DNA of 54,002 nt from a virus (lineage: Duplodnaviria; Caudoviricetes): positions 1 to 54,002 of the IMG/VR virus record IMGVR_UViG_3300018481_000027. The stretch is one strand, 5' to 3'. Made by a program: the position numbers and the translations under genes. The notes beneath the pieces are model-generated. The model ran no database searches and was not told the origin of the DNA. It saw only the letters and a list, made by a program, of their open reading frames with translations. Below, piece after piece: positions 28,392-37,216 of the stretch; the stretch's first letter is position 1; each line of letters starts with the position of its first letter.

Positions 28392-28997
28392 CTAGGAGAG
28401 CTTGTAGCGGCCGTCTGCCAGACCGGCCTTCAAATCTTCGGCGTCCATGTCGCCCATCTCGGCGACCGTGATGACGCGTGGTTCGGTGACGGCGGGCGTA
28501 ACCGTGTCACCGTTGGCGAAGGCTGCCTCGACCGCCGCTTCTTCCGACGAGGGCCCGTCCTTGGCCTGCTTCTCCGCGATCGCGCGCACCTCCGCAGCGA
28601 TCTTGTCGAGGTTGTGCGGGATGATGCCGTTCATGAACTCGGCGGCTGCTTCGGCGCTCGTGCAGAGATCGAAGATGAGCTGGGAATACGCCTCCGTGGA
28701 GGAGAAATCATCCCAGATCGCCTGGTTCTTGATGAACCGGTCACCTTCCTTCTTGCCGTAGGAGCGCCGGATGATGTCCCGCATCTCCTCCATGATCGCC
28801 TTGCCGTCCTGGGCGTCGACGATACGTTGAAGCTTGGCCTGCATGCCGGTGAGCGTCTTGCCCTCGCTCTCGTACTTGGTGCCGTGCTCTTCCATCTCCA
28901 TCTGGACCAGATCGGCCTTGGAGATATGGAAGTAGTGTTCCTCCGTCACCTCCTGCTGGGTGAACGGGTTCTCGTAGACGATCGTCTTCTTCAGCAA
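28392..28997 (-). CDS. conserved phage hypothetical protein
   Basis: LKKTIVY, YFHISKA, SYGKK..DRF.K, F..TEAYS.L, AAEF.NGI. Confidence 0.8.
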   Translation of the reverse strand: MLKKTIVYENPFTQQEVTEEHYFHISKADLVQMEMEEHGTKYESEGKTLTGMQAKLQRIVDAQDGKAIMEEMRDIIRRSYGKKEGDRFIKNQAIWDDFSSTEAYSQLIFDLCTSAEAAAEFMNGIIPHNLDKIAAEVRAIAEKQAKDGPSSEEAAVEAAFANGDTVTPAVTEPRVITVAEMGDMDAEDLKAGLADGRYKLS

Positions 28998-29462
28998 AGC
29001 GAAATATCCCCCTGGTTGGATTCGCGAAGCCTTTGCTCGGTATTGTGCGCTTCACGCATTAGCCGCCATAGACTCCGAGGCGACACCCTGCTAGTACTAC
29101 TTCTCGGCGAGCAGCTTGTCGGCGAGAAACGCCAGCCCGGCGAGGGCGGCGATCACGGAGATGATGATGAGCACGAGCTTCATGTAGCAGTCACCTCCTC
29201 CTCGGACGTAGGCTCGTCGGGCTCTTCGGAAGCGGTCTTGGCACAGAGTGCCGTGATGGCTCCGGCGATGAAGCCACCGACCGTGCCGATGGCGAGAAGT
29301 GCTCCCAGCACGATGCCGACGAGAGCGCCGATGGTGAACCTCACGGCGTCGTCACCGTCTCGTCTCCGGGGGCCTTCGGGTCGTCGCCGAGGAAGACCCG
29401 GATATAGCCGGTGTGGTAGCCCATGGCGATGGCTCCGACGGCCACGCCGAACAGGAAGTGCT

Positions 29463-29744
29463 TCATGGCGTCTCCTTCGCGAGCTTCTTGAGCTCCCGCT
29501 TCGCCTTCAGATCCTTGACGATCGTGCGACCGCCGTGGATGGCCAGCAGGGTGACGCCGGTGGCGACGATGCCGCTGGCGATGGCGATGGGGGTGCTGTG
29601 GGTGCGGAAGTTGAAACCGATGAGCTCCACGGCGTGGTCCTTCGCGTGCTCCGCGGCCTCCGCAATATTGCTGGCAGCGTAACCTGCCTGTCGAGCAGCC
29701 AGCTCAGCGTGCTCCTGAGCCAGCTCCTTGGTTGCTTCGGACAT
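29463..29744 (-). CDS. small membrane protein
   Basis: C-terminal TM helix. Confidence 0.7.
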   Translation of the reverse strand: MSEATKELAQEHAELAARQAGYAASNIAEAAEHAKDHAVELIGFNFRTHSTPIAIASGIVATGVTLLAIHGGRTIVKDLKAKRELKKLAKETP

Positions 29745-29777
29745 TTACTCTCCTGTGTTGGTGAAATATGACGGTGT

Positions 29778-30086
29778 TCAGGACCCAGTGCGACCGGCCA
29801 TGTAGCGGAAGGCGCCGACGACGAACATGCTCGCGCCCAGCCCCATGAGGGTGCCGCCCCACACCCGGTTGTCCTGCGCGGCCATTTCGGCCGTCTTGTT
29901 GACGACAGTCCGGTTGATCACCGGAGGCTCGTTTCGGAGCCGGGTGATCTGCTGGTTGAGACCGCTGATCGAGACCTTCTGGTCGGCGATCGTCTCGGTC
30001 ATCTCGTTGTACTTCTCGATCGCGATCTTCACGAACCCGTCACTTGCCGTCTTGAGGGTCTCGACGGTTTCGTTGGTCTCAGCCAT
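29778..30086 (-). CDS. small coiled-coil membrane protein
   Basis: coiled coil plus C-terminal TM; RBS. Confidence 0.7.
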   Translation of the reverse strand: MAETNETVETLKTASDGFVKIAIEKYNEMTETIADQKVSISGLNQQITRLRNEPPVINRTVVNKTAEMAAQDNRVWGGTLMGLGASMFVVGAFRYMAGRTGS

Positions 30087-30381
30087 TGTACTCTCCTTGT
30101 GCTGTGACTCGTGTTCTAGTCGTGGAAGAACTTTTTGGACATGGATATGCCGGGCAAGTGGTAGTACTCCTCCTTGAGCGGAGTGGGTAGACTTACCCGA
30201 AGCGGTAGCTCCGCGATACCTTTAGGGGCACCTTGCGGAGGCTCCCAGCGCCGAGCGTCGTCACGCTTTTGATCACGCATGGCGGCTAGAAGTTTGGACC
30301 GAGGATCTTTAGACCGACCCCTCCGACTGTGCCATGATCTGTGCCATGACATCAGCCGGAGCTCGGGTTCTGCGAGACGGT

Positions 30382-31188
30382 CTAGTTGTGGTTTGGGCGG
30401 ATGAAATCCTGTCGCGGGAAGGCCGCGAAGTCGATCGCGAGACAGGGACGACCGTCAGGAGCTTCCGCCGTGGTGATCTTCAGCTCCAGAAGGTGATCAC
30501 GATTCCAGCCGACCTCCTCCGACCAGACGGTCTTCTCGAGGCCGAGTTCGTTGTAGAAGAACGTCGCATCGGCGTAGTCGTGATTGTGGATCTCCGCGTT
30601 GGTCGCGTTCTGCGCCCGCTTGATCCCCTCCATCGTGCCGCGGAAATATCGGTTCGTGGCCTCGTCGTAGCAGAGGATCTCGCCCTCGATGATGACCAGG
30701 TTCTGGAAACCGTCGGACTTGTTCACCCGATCCTGGGCGAGCTCGTCGTCGATGGCGATCTTCTTCGGGCCGGTGAGCTTCTCGGCGACCTTCTCCTTGT
30801 ACTCGGAGAGGTTACGCTCGGCCAGCCCGTAGGCAGCAGCGAGGGCAGCGGCCTTCTGAGCCGACACCCGGTTGGACATGATGATCGCCGCGATCGTGGT
30901 GCCGCCGACGAGGACCGGCGGGAGGAAATACGGAATGGCGATCCGAGCCTTCGCCCAGTTGTCGAGCTGCGGACGAGGCTGATCGACATCGATGACGGTG
31001 TCACCGGTCTCCTCAGTCATCATCTTGTACTGCGTTGCGCGGACGATCTCGGCGTACTTGTATCCGCCTCGTCCAGCGAGCACGGCGGTGGCGACGGTTC
31101 CGACGACACCTCCCGCGGTGAGGAGAGCGGCGGCATTGTCCTCAGCGAACTGAGACACCGTCTCCTTGATTCCACTTAGAAACTGCAC
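30382..31188 (-). CDS. DUF6353-like phage protein, paralog B
   Basis: LLTAGGVVG.VATAVLA, AALAAAY, YD..T.RYF, FY.ELGL, VGW, PCLAIDF. Confidence 0.75.
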   Translation of the reverse strand: MQFLSGIKETVSQFAEDNAAALLTAGGVVGTVATAVLAGRGGYKYAEIVRATQYKMMTEETGDTVIDVDQPRPQLDNWAKARIAIPYFLPPVLVGGTTIAAIIMSNRVSAQKAAALAAAYGLAERNLSEYKEKVAEKLTGPKKIAIDDELAQDRVNKSDGFQNLVIIEGEILCYDEATNRYFRGTMEGIKRAQNATNAEIHNHDYADATFFYNELGLEKTVWSEEVGWNRDHLLELKITTAEAPDGRPCLAIDFAAFPRQDFIRPNHN

Positions 31189-31227
31189 TCTCCTGAACTC
31201 CTTGAGATTGGGGTTGGGTCTCACGAC

Positions 31228-31283
31228 AAAAAAAGAGAAACCTCGCATTGGCATGCGATTGCGTTTTTACGCTGGTCTCTCCT
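31228..31283 (-). ncRNA. small RNA cassette A (three-way junction)
   Basis: GAGAGACC/GGTTTCTC outer stem, GCGT-AAAA-ACGC and TCGCAT-GCCA-ATGCGA hairpins, T7, directly after a promoter. Confidence 0.65.
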
Positions 31284-31309
31284 ATTAGATGACGTGAATT
31301 TCCCGCGAA
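31284..31309 (-). promoter_or_regulatory. phage promoter motif
   Basis: TTCGCG-N14-TCTAAT. Confidence 0.8.
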
Positions 31310-31635
31310 TTCGGGTCAACCCAGAAAACGCAGAAACGACGGGTGGTTCGAGGCGGCCGATTCATCCATCGAACCTCCGCCATGTCCCACCCTCTCTCGC
31401 CTGTTGCTCGCTGTTTACGGAGTTCTTCGAACGCTTCGTCAGGATCATCCGTAGTAAGCAAAATATGGTGTACAAGCTGTTTAGGCGGTGGGCCAAGACG
31501 ACCTTCTCGTCTCAAGCGATCGAGTCTTTTACGAGTCGCTTGCTCCTCGATGTCCCGGCTCCTCCGGCGCTTGTCCTGAAGATATAGGCTTTCAGGAGTC
31601 ACCGGAGGAGCAATGAGCCTTGTCGGGTACTGCAC
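31285..31635 (-). CDS. hypothetical protein
   Basis: co-oriented ORF; 3' end overlaps the promoter. Confidence 0.55.
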   Translation of the reverse strand: MQYPTRLIAPPVTPESLYLQDKRRRSRDIEEQATRKRLDRLRREGRLGPPPKQLVHHILLTTDDPDEAFEELRKQRATGERGWDMAEVRWMNRPPRTTRRFCVFWVDPNSREIHVI

Positions 31636-31638
31636 TCG

Positions 31639-32022
31639 TTAGGCGACGACGGGCTGCGGCTTCTTGCTCACCCAGGTCGAAGCGATGAGGAATAGCGCCG
31701 CGAGCATCGAGACGTAGAGCCCCCAGCTCGGCGAGATGAACTCCGCCGCAGCCTCCTCAGCGCCACCGAGGTTGATCAGGCAGCGAACGCCTTCGCCGAT
31801 GACCGCCAAGCCGACGATGATCGAGACGGGCCGCATGAACTTGCCGGTGAGAGCGGAGGCGATGATGAGCGCGGTGCCGCCGAAAACGACGAGACCGAGC
31901 TCGATGCTGTTGGTGGGGCCGACGCCGAGGATGCCGAAGACGCTGAACCAGGGGCCGATGCCACCGAAGATCAGTACAACGGCGCCGATGGCCAGCGCAG
32001 TGTTACGGTTGAAATTGAACAT
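31639..32022 (-). CDS. multi-pass membrane protein
   Basis: about 4 hydrophobic segments; GPW and WGLY motifs. Confidence 0.8.
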   Translation of the reverse strand: MFNFNRNTALAIGAVVLIFGGIGPWFSVFGILGVGPTNSIELGLVVFGGTALIIASALTGKFMRPVSIIVGLAVIGEGVRCLINLGGAEEAAAEFISPSWGLYVSMLAALFLIASTWVSKKPQPVVA

Positions 32023-32032
32023 GTTGGTCTCC

Positions 32033-32326
32033 TTAGTGCTGTCGATGCCCGGGATCGGGCGTGATTGGATGGGGCTTGTCGGACTCGGGTAGATCGTATG
32101 CCTCCCGATACTGCTCTTCGATCCGCTTCATCGCCCGACGATCAGACGAGTCTACGGATATGAAGGTGACGCGGTCCCTTTGACCCTTGAACGTGATGTC
32201 CACGAGTCTAAGGAACTTCCTCTGGCGCCGTTCGATCACGATTTGGTTGATCGCGACCAGTAGAAGCTTGGCGATCTGCCAAGCAACGACGCCGAGAATG
32301 AAATATGCGATGTCTCCGTCGTTCAT
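32033..32326 (-). CDS. small membrane-anchored protein
   Basis: N-terminal TM. Confidence 0.65.
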   Translation of the reverse strand: MNDGDIAYFILGVVAWQIAKLLLVAINQIVIERRQRKFLRLVDITFKGQRDRVTFISVDSSDRRAMKRIEEQYREAYDLPESDKPHPITPDPGHRQH

Positions 32327-32541
32327 CCCTGCGGTCTCCCTCGTCGATCGACGTAAAGCCCCTCGGGGAGCGCTGCTTGTGCTACTTTCAGCGCTTCGTC
32401 GAGGAGCAAAAGCACGTTCTCCGGTTCTCCCCGGAAGACTATGTAGAAGCCACTGCCTTCTTTCATGTCTCCCAGGGAGATACGGGTCTTCATCAGTTTG
32501 TCATCCGACTCGCGGATGATGGACACCGGAGTGGGAGTCAT
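32323..32541 (-). CDS. hypothetical protein
   Basis: coupled ORF. Confidence 0.6.
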   Translation of the reverse strand: MTPTPVSIIRESDDKLMKTRISLGDMKEGSGFYIVFRGEPENVLLLLDEALKVAQAALPEGLYVDRRGRPQG

Positions 32542-32793
32542 TGGTGCTCGCGATCGACCTTAGTCGTATTGGAAAACTGCTTCTTCTCCCGGTACTCACG
32601 GCACGGACAAACTCGGCACGGCCAAGCGAAGGGCTTCTCAAGATCTGGAGGATGTGCTCCCAAATCGTGACCGCATTCGCAGGCCATCAGTAGAACCTCC
32701 GAAATCGTCTCGGGAGGCCCTGGATCTTGCGTCGGGTGCTGCGGCGACCGGCCAGAAATCCAGCCCAGTACGCCACCTTGATGAGCGAGAGCT

Positions 32794-33060
32794 TCATGAT
32801 TCTATCACCGGTCCTCCTCCGCGCTCGAGATCGGGGCGAACTATCAACGTGGGCGGAGATGTGGTCATGTCATAGGCACGCATGGCGTAATAAGCGCGCA
32901 CCTCGACATCGCTTTCCCGAAGCCAATTCTCGATGGCTTCGGGCCCACTGCAGGCCATCTCCAAGGCCTCGCGTGCGGTACTACCGACTCCTGCGAACGT
33001 CGGAGGAGGACCTGACCAATCGATGCTGTTTCGGAGAACGATATAGACGACGTTGGTCAT
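32794..33060 (-). CDS. hypothetical protein
   Basis: coupled ORF. Confidence 0.55.
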   Translation of the reverse strand: MTNVVYIVLRNSIDWSGPPPTFAGVGSTAREALEMACSGPEAIENWLRESDVEVRAYYAMRAYDMTTSPPTLIVRPDLERGGGPVIES

Positions 33061-33353
33061 CGCGGTACCACCAGACGGACCGCTCTGACATCGAGACGCA
33101 GATGGTCGGCGATTGCGAAATCTGTGTAACCAGCCTCTCGCATTTCCCGAATCACACCGGGTATCGCCGCTTCTTCGATCTGAGCTCCGTCGAGAAGATA
33201 CTTCATGATCTCTACGGCGCTCATCGACTTAGTCACCTTCTCATTCTCATTCGTGAGTAACGTACCCGCTCGAGCGAAGAGCCCGTCCGAGTAGGCACCC
33301 AGAAAATTAGAAGCGACGAAACCGACGAAGAATCCTGCAACGAGCTTCTTCAC
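33057..33353 (-). CDS. hypothetical protein with an HTH-like C-terminus
   Basis: GYTDFAIADHLRLDVRAV. Confidence 0.6.
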   Translation of the reverse strand: MKKLVAGFFVGFVASNFLGAYSDGLFARAGTLLTNENEKVTKSMSAVEIMKYLLDGAQIEEAAIPGVIREMREAGYTDFAIADHLRLDVRAVRLVVPR

Positions 33354-33628
33354 GGCTTATCCCCCCTGAGGAGAGCGGCGAAGTTCAGGAGCTTCTTGCC
33401 CCGCTCCTCCAGATCGGCGGCAATCTGGTCAGCCGTCTTCGTCGTGGCCAGAACGGGCATGCCGTTCTTGAGCAGTTGGTACACCCAGCTCTCGCTGATG
33501 CCCATCTCCTGAGCGATGGCACGGTTGGTCATACCTTTGTCCTTGAGCTCTCGCACCTTGGTCAGGCGCTCCTGCATGCGCTGCTTCTGCTCGGCGGCCC
33601 TCTGGGCTCGTTCTTCGGTGATCTTCAT
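33350..33628 (-). CDS. helix-turn-helix DNA-binding protein
   Basis: ELKDKGMTNRAIAQEMGISESWVYQLLK. Confidence 0.8.
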   Translation of the reverse strand: MKITEERAQRAAEQKQRMQERLTKVRELKDKGMTNRAIAQEMGISESWVYQLLKNGMPVLATTKTADQIAADLEERGKKLLNFAALLRGDKP

Positions 33629-33900
33629 TGACCTCTCACTTTCTGGATAAGTTTGCGAGTGACGATGGCGAACGGGCCGAAGAACACGATGCAGGTTATC
33701 GTGAAGGCTGAGTAATCCCTGAACAGCTCTTCGACGGTATACCTTTCATCTTTCTTTCCTGCAGCGATCCGTTCCTCGACGATCTTGTCCGTCAGTTTGT
33801 AGACGTAGATCGTACCCACAATCACAACCGTGATCATGAATATCCACAGGTTTGCGCTCATCGGTTTCTCATCTCGCGGACGAAGATCCAGAGCAACCAC
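33625..33900 (-). CDS. two-TM membrane protein
   Basis: two hydrophobic segments. Confidence 0.6.
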   Translation of the reverse strand: MVALDLRPRDEKPMSANLWIFMITVVIVGTIYVYKLTDKIVEERIAAGKKDERYTVEELFRDYSAFTITCIVFFGPFAIVTRKLIQKVRGQ

Positions 33901-34023
33901 AGGCCACCAGAGAGCATGACCATGAAGCAGTCGAACAGGAAGCGCATGACGCCATAGCGTCGCGGCGGACGAGACGTGATATAGACACGGTCGCGCGGCG
34001 CCTTGCCGTCGTAGTAGAAGACC

Positions 34024-34329
34024 TTAGGCATCGGGATTCTCCTCGGGATACTTGTCGGCGATCTCCTTCAAACTGGCTTGAATGCCCTCCAGGATGACCT
34101 TGTCGAACTCGCTGGGCTCGACGTCGTTCTCGTGGATAATCCGCCACAGCTGGTTGGCCTCCTGGATCAATTCCTTGATCACCAACGTTAGATCGTCTCG
34201 TTCGTCTATGACCATCTTGAGCGACTTGAGAAGCCGCTTGATCTGGAATATCGCGATGATGTTGAGGCCATACGATCCGCCGACGAGCACCCACGGATAT
34301 GTATCCGACATGATGAAACGCCTAAGCAC
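34024..34329 (-). CDS. membrane-anchored coiled-coil protein
   Basis: TM plus ENDVEPSEFD, similar to the C-terminus of 11931..12173. Confidence 0.65.
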   Translation of the reverse strand: MLRRFIMSDTYPWVLVGGSYGLNIIAIFQIKRLLKSLKMVIDERDDLTLVIKELIQEANQLWRIIHENDVEPSEFDKVILEGIQASLKEIADKYPEENPDA

Positions 34330-34502
34330 CGTACTTCACTCCCTTGGCGGAGGGGTTGCGCTTGAGAGCGCGCCGTTCGGCAACCTCTCGCGACGCGGCC
34401 CGGACCTTGACAGTACGGGTCATGTTGTTCTCGTAGACGAGTACGATCGAGAACACCTGCTTGGACTTCTTGGTCCGCATGGCGGATCCTTTCTGTTGGG
34501 TG

Positions 34503-34586
34503 AAAAAAAGAGAGACCCATGTTGTCTCAGTGCCTCATAAAGGCTCTTCAACTCTGGTGCCTCATAAAGGCTCCAGCATGGGTCTC
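34503..34586 (-). ncRNA. small RNA cassette B with two identical hairpins
   Basis: GAGACCCATG/CATGGGTCTC outer stem enclosing the 17-nt direct repeat GAGCCTTTATGAGGCAC twice; T7. Confidence 0.7.
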
Positions 34587-34612
34587 ATTATGTGGCGTGA
34601 ATTTCCCGCGAA
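34587..34612 (-). promoter_or_regulatory. phage promoter motif
   Basis: TTCGCG-N14-CATAAT. Confidence 0.8.
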
Positions 34613-35035
34613 CTAACCCGCGGCCAATCCTTCGATGACGTAGTGCATCTCCTGGAGATTGTCCAGATGACCGTTACAATGCCGGGACATAGCATGCAAC
34701 GTGTTTCCTGTTGCTTCCGCAGCCGCCTTCATAGACGGCCACATCTGATCAGTCTCGAGACACCGGATGATCTTCCGCGAATAACCACCGTTGTTCACGA
34801 TGTTGTTGATTATCGGAGCCACCGTGTTGTTGAACACCGGGGCAATAGCCGGAGCCTCGATGACGTTGGTGATCATCGTCGGCCGAGCGAACTGCCTGGT
34901 CACGATGACGCTGACTATCGCGGTGGCTCCGCAGGCGTAGACCACCTGATACTTCACGACATGAGCCTTGACACTGCGGAAGGTCTCGTTAGTCTCCTCG
35001 AGCTTCTCGATCCGTGCCTTGAACTTATCGAACAT
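34613..35035 (-). CDS. membrane-anchored protein with a NUMOD1-like DNA-binding domain
   Basis: TM plus IIRCLETDQMWPSMKAAAEATG...MSRHCNG; start reassigned to ATG 35035 after AGGAG. Confidence 0.7.
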   Translation of the reverse strand: MFDKFKARIEKLEETNETFRSVKAHVVKYQVVYACGATAIVSVIVTRQFARPTMITNVIEAPAIAPVFNNTVAPIINNIVNNGGYSRKIIRCLETDQMWPSMKAAAEATGNTLHAMSRHCNGHLDNLQEMHYVIEGLAAG

Positions 35036-35065
35036 CCTTGCTCCTAGTTTGGGGTATGGTCTCAG

Positions 35066-35129
35066 AAAAAAGAGAAGAGGATCGGGAGGATTAGGTTTCC
35101 GATCATGCCGACTGGGTCGGTCTCTTCTC
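35066..35129 (-). ncRNA. small RNA cassette C (three-way junction)
   Basis: GAGAAGAG/CTCTTCTC outer stem, CCGAC-CCA-GTCGG and GATCGG-13nt-CCGATC hairpins, T6. Confidence 0.65.
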
Positions 35130-35155
35130 ATTAGGTGACGTGAATTTCCCGCGAA
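35130..35155 (-). promoter_or_regulatory. phage promoter motif
   Basis: TTCGCG-N14-CCTAAT. Confidence 0.8.
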
Positions 35156-35596
35156 CTACTGGCTCGCCTTGATCGAAGCCTTGGTGCCGAGCATCCGGCA
35201 GAGCAGATTGATCGAGTCGTGCCCGTGAAGTGGCTTGTAGCCTGGGTTGAGATTGTCCTGCTGGTTGCGATGAATCACCTGATCGAAATCGCGCTTGAAC
35301 TCTGGTGAGCGGTAGTAGTTGACCACCTCTCCGAGAGTGTGCTGGTAACGAGTGAGAAACATCGAATCCGCATGTTCCTTGACCTTCTCGGCCCACTCGC
35401 GAGAGGGACGCGGCTCCTCGCCGTGCTCGACGAACTGCATGGCGTCGTTATAGATGCGATCGACCACGAGCTGCTTGAGCTGCTCGACGGTATACATGTG
35501 CGTGGCCTGCAGCAGCGGCAGGTTCCAGATGGGCTCCGGGCGTCCGTGATGAATGCCAACGGTGAGGCAGTTGTAGCCCCAGTTGATTTCAGTCAT
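35156..35596 (-). CDS. hypothetical protein
   Basis: ATG 35596 after AAGGAG. Confidence 0.7.
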   Translation of the reverse strand: MTEINWGYNCLTVGIHHGRPEPIWNLPLLQATHMYTVEQLKQLVVDRIYNDAMQFVEHGEEPRPSREWAEKVKEHADSMFLTRYQHTLGEVVNYYRSPEFKRDFDQVIHRNQQDNLNPGYKPLHGHDSINLLCRMLGTKASIKASQ

Positions 35597-35598
35597 GG

Positions 35599-35907
35599 TT
35601 ACTCTCCTTGCGTTATGTTGTAAAAATAGTACTTGATTCCCCGTCGATCCGAAAAACTCCAAGGATGGGGGAGGAAGGTTACGTCAACGACATCGTCTGA
35701 AATATCGTTGAATTGCTCAACGGCAGTGTTCCAGTAATGGTGTCCGACGGTGATCTTACGAACTTCGCCGTTTAGCTCGACCGAAAACTCGCCTCTACCT
35801 ACACGTTGCGGGGTTTTTATACCCTTGATCTCCCGAACTTCTAGATCGGGACGCGAGAGAAGTTTTGCTCCTTTCCACGTCACCAACTCTTCCGGATTCC
35901 AGTCCAT
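35599..35907 (-). CDS. hypothetical protein
   Basis: coupled ORF. Confidence 0.65.
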   Translation of the reverse strand: MDWNPEELVTWKGAKLLSRPDLEVREIKGIKTPQRVGRGEFSVELNGEVRKITVGHHYWNTAVEQFNDISDDVVDVTFLPHPWSFSDRRGIKYYFYNITQGE

Positions 35908-36413
35908 TACTGTCGTTGTTCTCCTGGTCGACGTTTACGCGGAATTCGATTTATCGCCAAATCACGCGCGTCACTGGTACTCAAATATGGTGTATCCGGC
36001 CAGATTCCCTTGCGATAAAGATCTAGCCGATCGGCGTCCCAGCACACAGCGATGGTGGGATCGGTGCTGATCAGTCCATCACTGTGCTCTACACAGGCCT
36101 CGAAAAACAGCTCTTGCCGTCGCTCAGTGAGCAGCTGTCCGAGGATGAGTTCGTGACGCTGGTTGATGCGCTCCCACAGCGTGAAGCCACGCATGCCGTG
36201 ACCCGGGTCGTCTCCGTCGTTCACGCGCATGGAGTCGTGAAACAGCGCATATAGAGCCACGACCTCGAGGTCTGCGGTGATCTCCGTCCCGGTCAGTAGT
36301 TCAGCATTCTTCCAAACGCGGAACCAGTGATCGAGTCCGTGCATTCGACTCTGCAGAATATTCAACGTGCTTGACTCCATCAGCACGTAAGGCAGACACC
36401 GAGCAGCGATCAC
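35907..36413 (-). CDS. HD-domain phosphohydrolase
   Basis: HGLDHWFRV, ALFHDS, HG..G, EH, CWDADRLDL. Confidence 0.85.
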   Translation of the reverse strand: MIAARCLPYVLMESSTLNILQSRMHGLDHWFRVWKNAELLTGTEITADLEVVALYALFHDSMRVNDGDDPGHGMRGFTLWERINQRHELILGQLLTERRQELFFEACVEHSDGLISTDPTIAVCWDADRLDLYRKGIWPDTPYLSTSDARDLAINRIPRKRRPGEQRQ

Positions 36414-36640
36414 GGCTTAGCCGGGCTTTGCCAGGTGTGTGGCGTGGCTTCAGCCCCCTTGTCGTGCCCCTTGGGTAGGTAGCAAGGGATGTTCGTTCCT
36501 GGATGACAGGTTGGATCGCTATGATCCGGAGGGACGAGGCACTGCTCCTCCCGGGAAATAAGATCGGTCATGCTGCTCCTAAGATTGGTCAGGGGGTCTC
36601 AGAAAAAATGAGAGCCCGTGTGAGGGGCTCTCATTGGGCA

Positions 36641-36859
36641 CTACGCGGGGTGGTTGATGCGTGCGGTCTCGAGGTTGAGGCGAGCGGTCTCGAGGTTCAT
36701 CCGACCGGTCTTGATGGACACGATCACGGGAACCGCCGTCAGGGCCAGCGGAATCGTGGTGACTCCGACGGTGACAGCGATGCTCTTGATGCGGTCCAGC
36801 TTGGACGGCTTGATGGCCTCGACGTTGCGCTCGGCCTGCGACTCGTTGTGCGGGGGCAT
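36641..36859 (-). CDS. cassette gene, small membrane protein
   Basis: TM; internal repeat NLETARLNLETAR. Confidence 0.7.
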   Translation of the reverse strand: MPPHNESQAERNVEAIKPSKLDRIKSIAVTVGVTTIPLALTAVPVIVSIKTGRMNLETARLNLETARINHPA

Positions 36860-36951
36860 AGCAACTCTCCTAGAGTTAGTAGTGGCTTTCATTATGTGGC
36901 GTGAAATTTTCGCGAAAACGAAAAAGGAAAGCCCCTGTGTGGGGCCTACCT

Positions 36952-37113
36952 TTAGGCGTAGATCTGAACAATGCCGGGGACGAGCGTGGTCTCCTCCAGC
37001 TTGGCCTGTGACGTAGCGATCATCTTCTCGTAACGGTACGCGGCGACGAAGTCGCGGATACGGCTACGGTTCTCGGTGATCTCGGTCTTGATGGCCGTGA
37101 TGGGGTTGAACAT
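36952..37113 (-). CDS. cassette gene, 53-aa protein
   Basis: translated by hand (MFNPITAIKTEITENRSRIRDF...); RBS AGGAG. Confidence 0.7.
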   Translation of the reverse strand: MFNPITAIKTEITENRSRIRDFVAAYRYEKMIATSQAKLEETTLVPGIVQIYA

Positions 37114-37216
37114 AATAGTCTCCTAAGTTTGTGTTTAGTCTTCTATTATACCCCGTGAAAAACACGCGAATTGCAGGGAAAAACCTAGAGACCGTGTTAG
37201 GGTCTCTTGGTTTGAA

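Noticed and set aside
34530-34573. Mini CRISPR array
   Set aside because: Only two 17-nt repeats with a 10-nt gap and no cas genes; treated as an sRNA element
35036-35131. N-terminal extension of ORF 34613..35131 (and similar extensions at 31254, 37752, 38587, 13700)
   Set aside because: The extensions run through promoter, terminator or sRNA elements; downstream starts have proper RBSs
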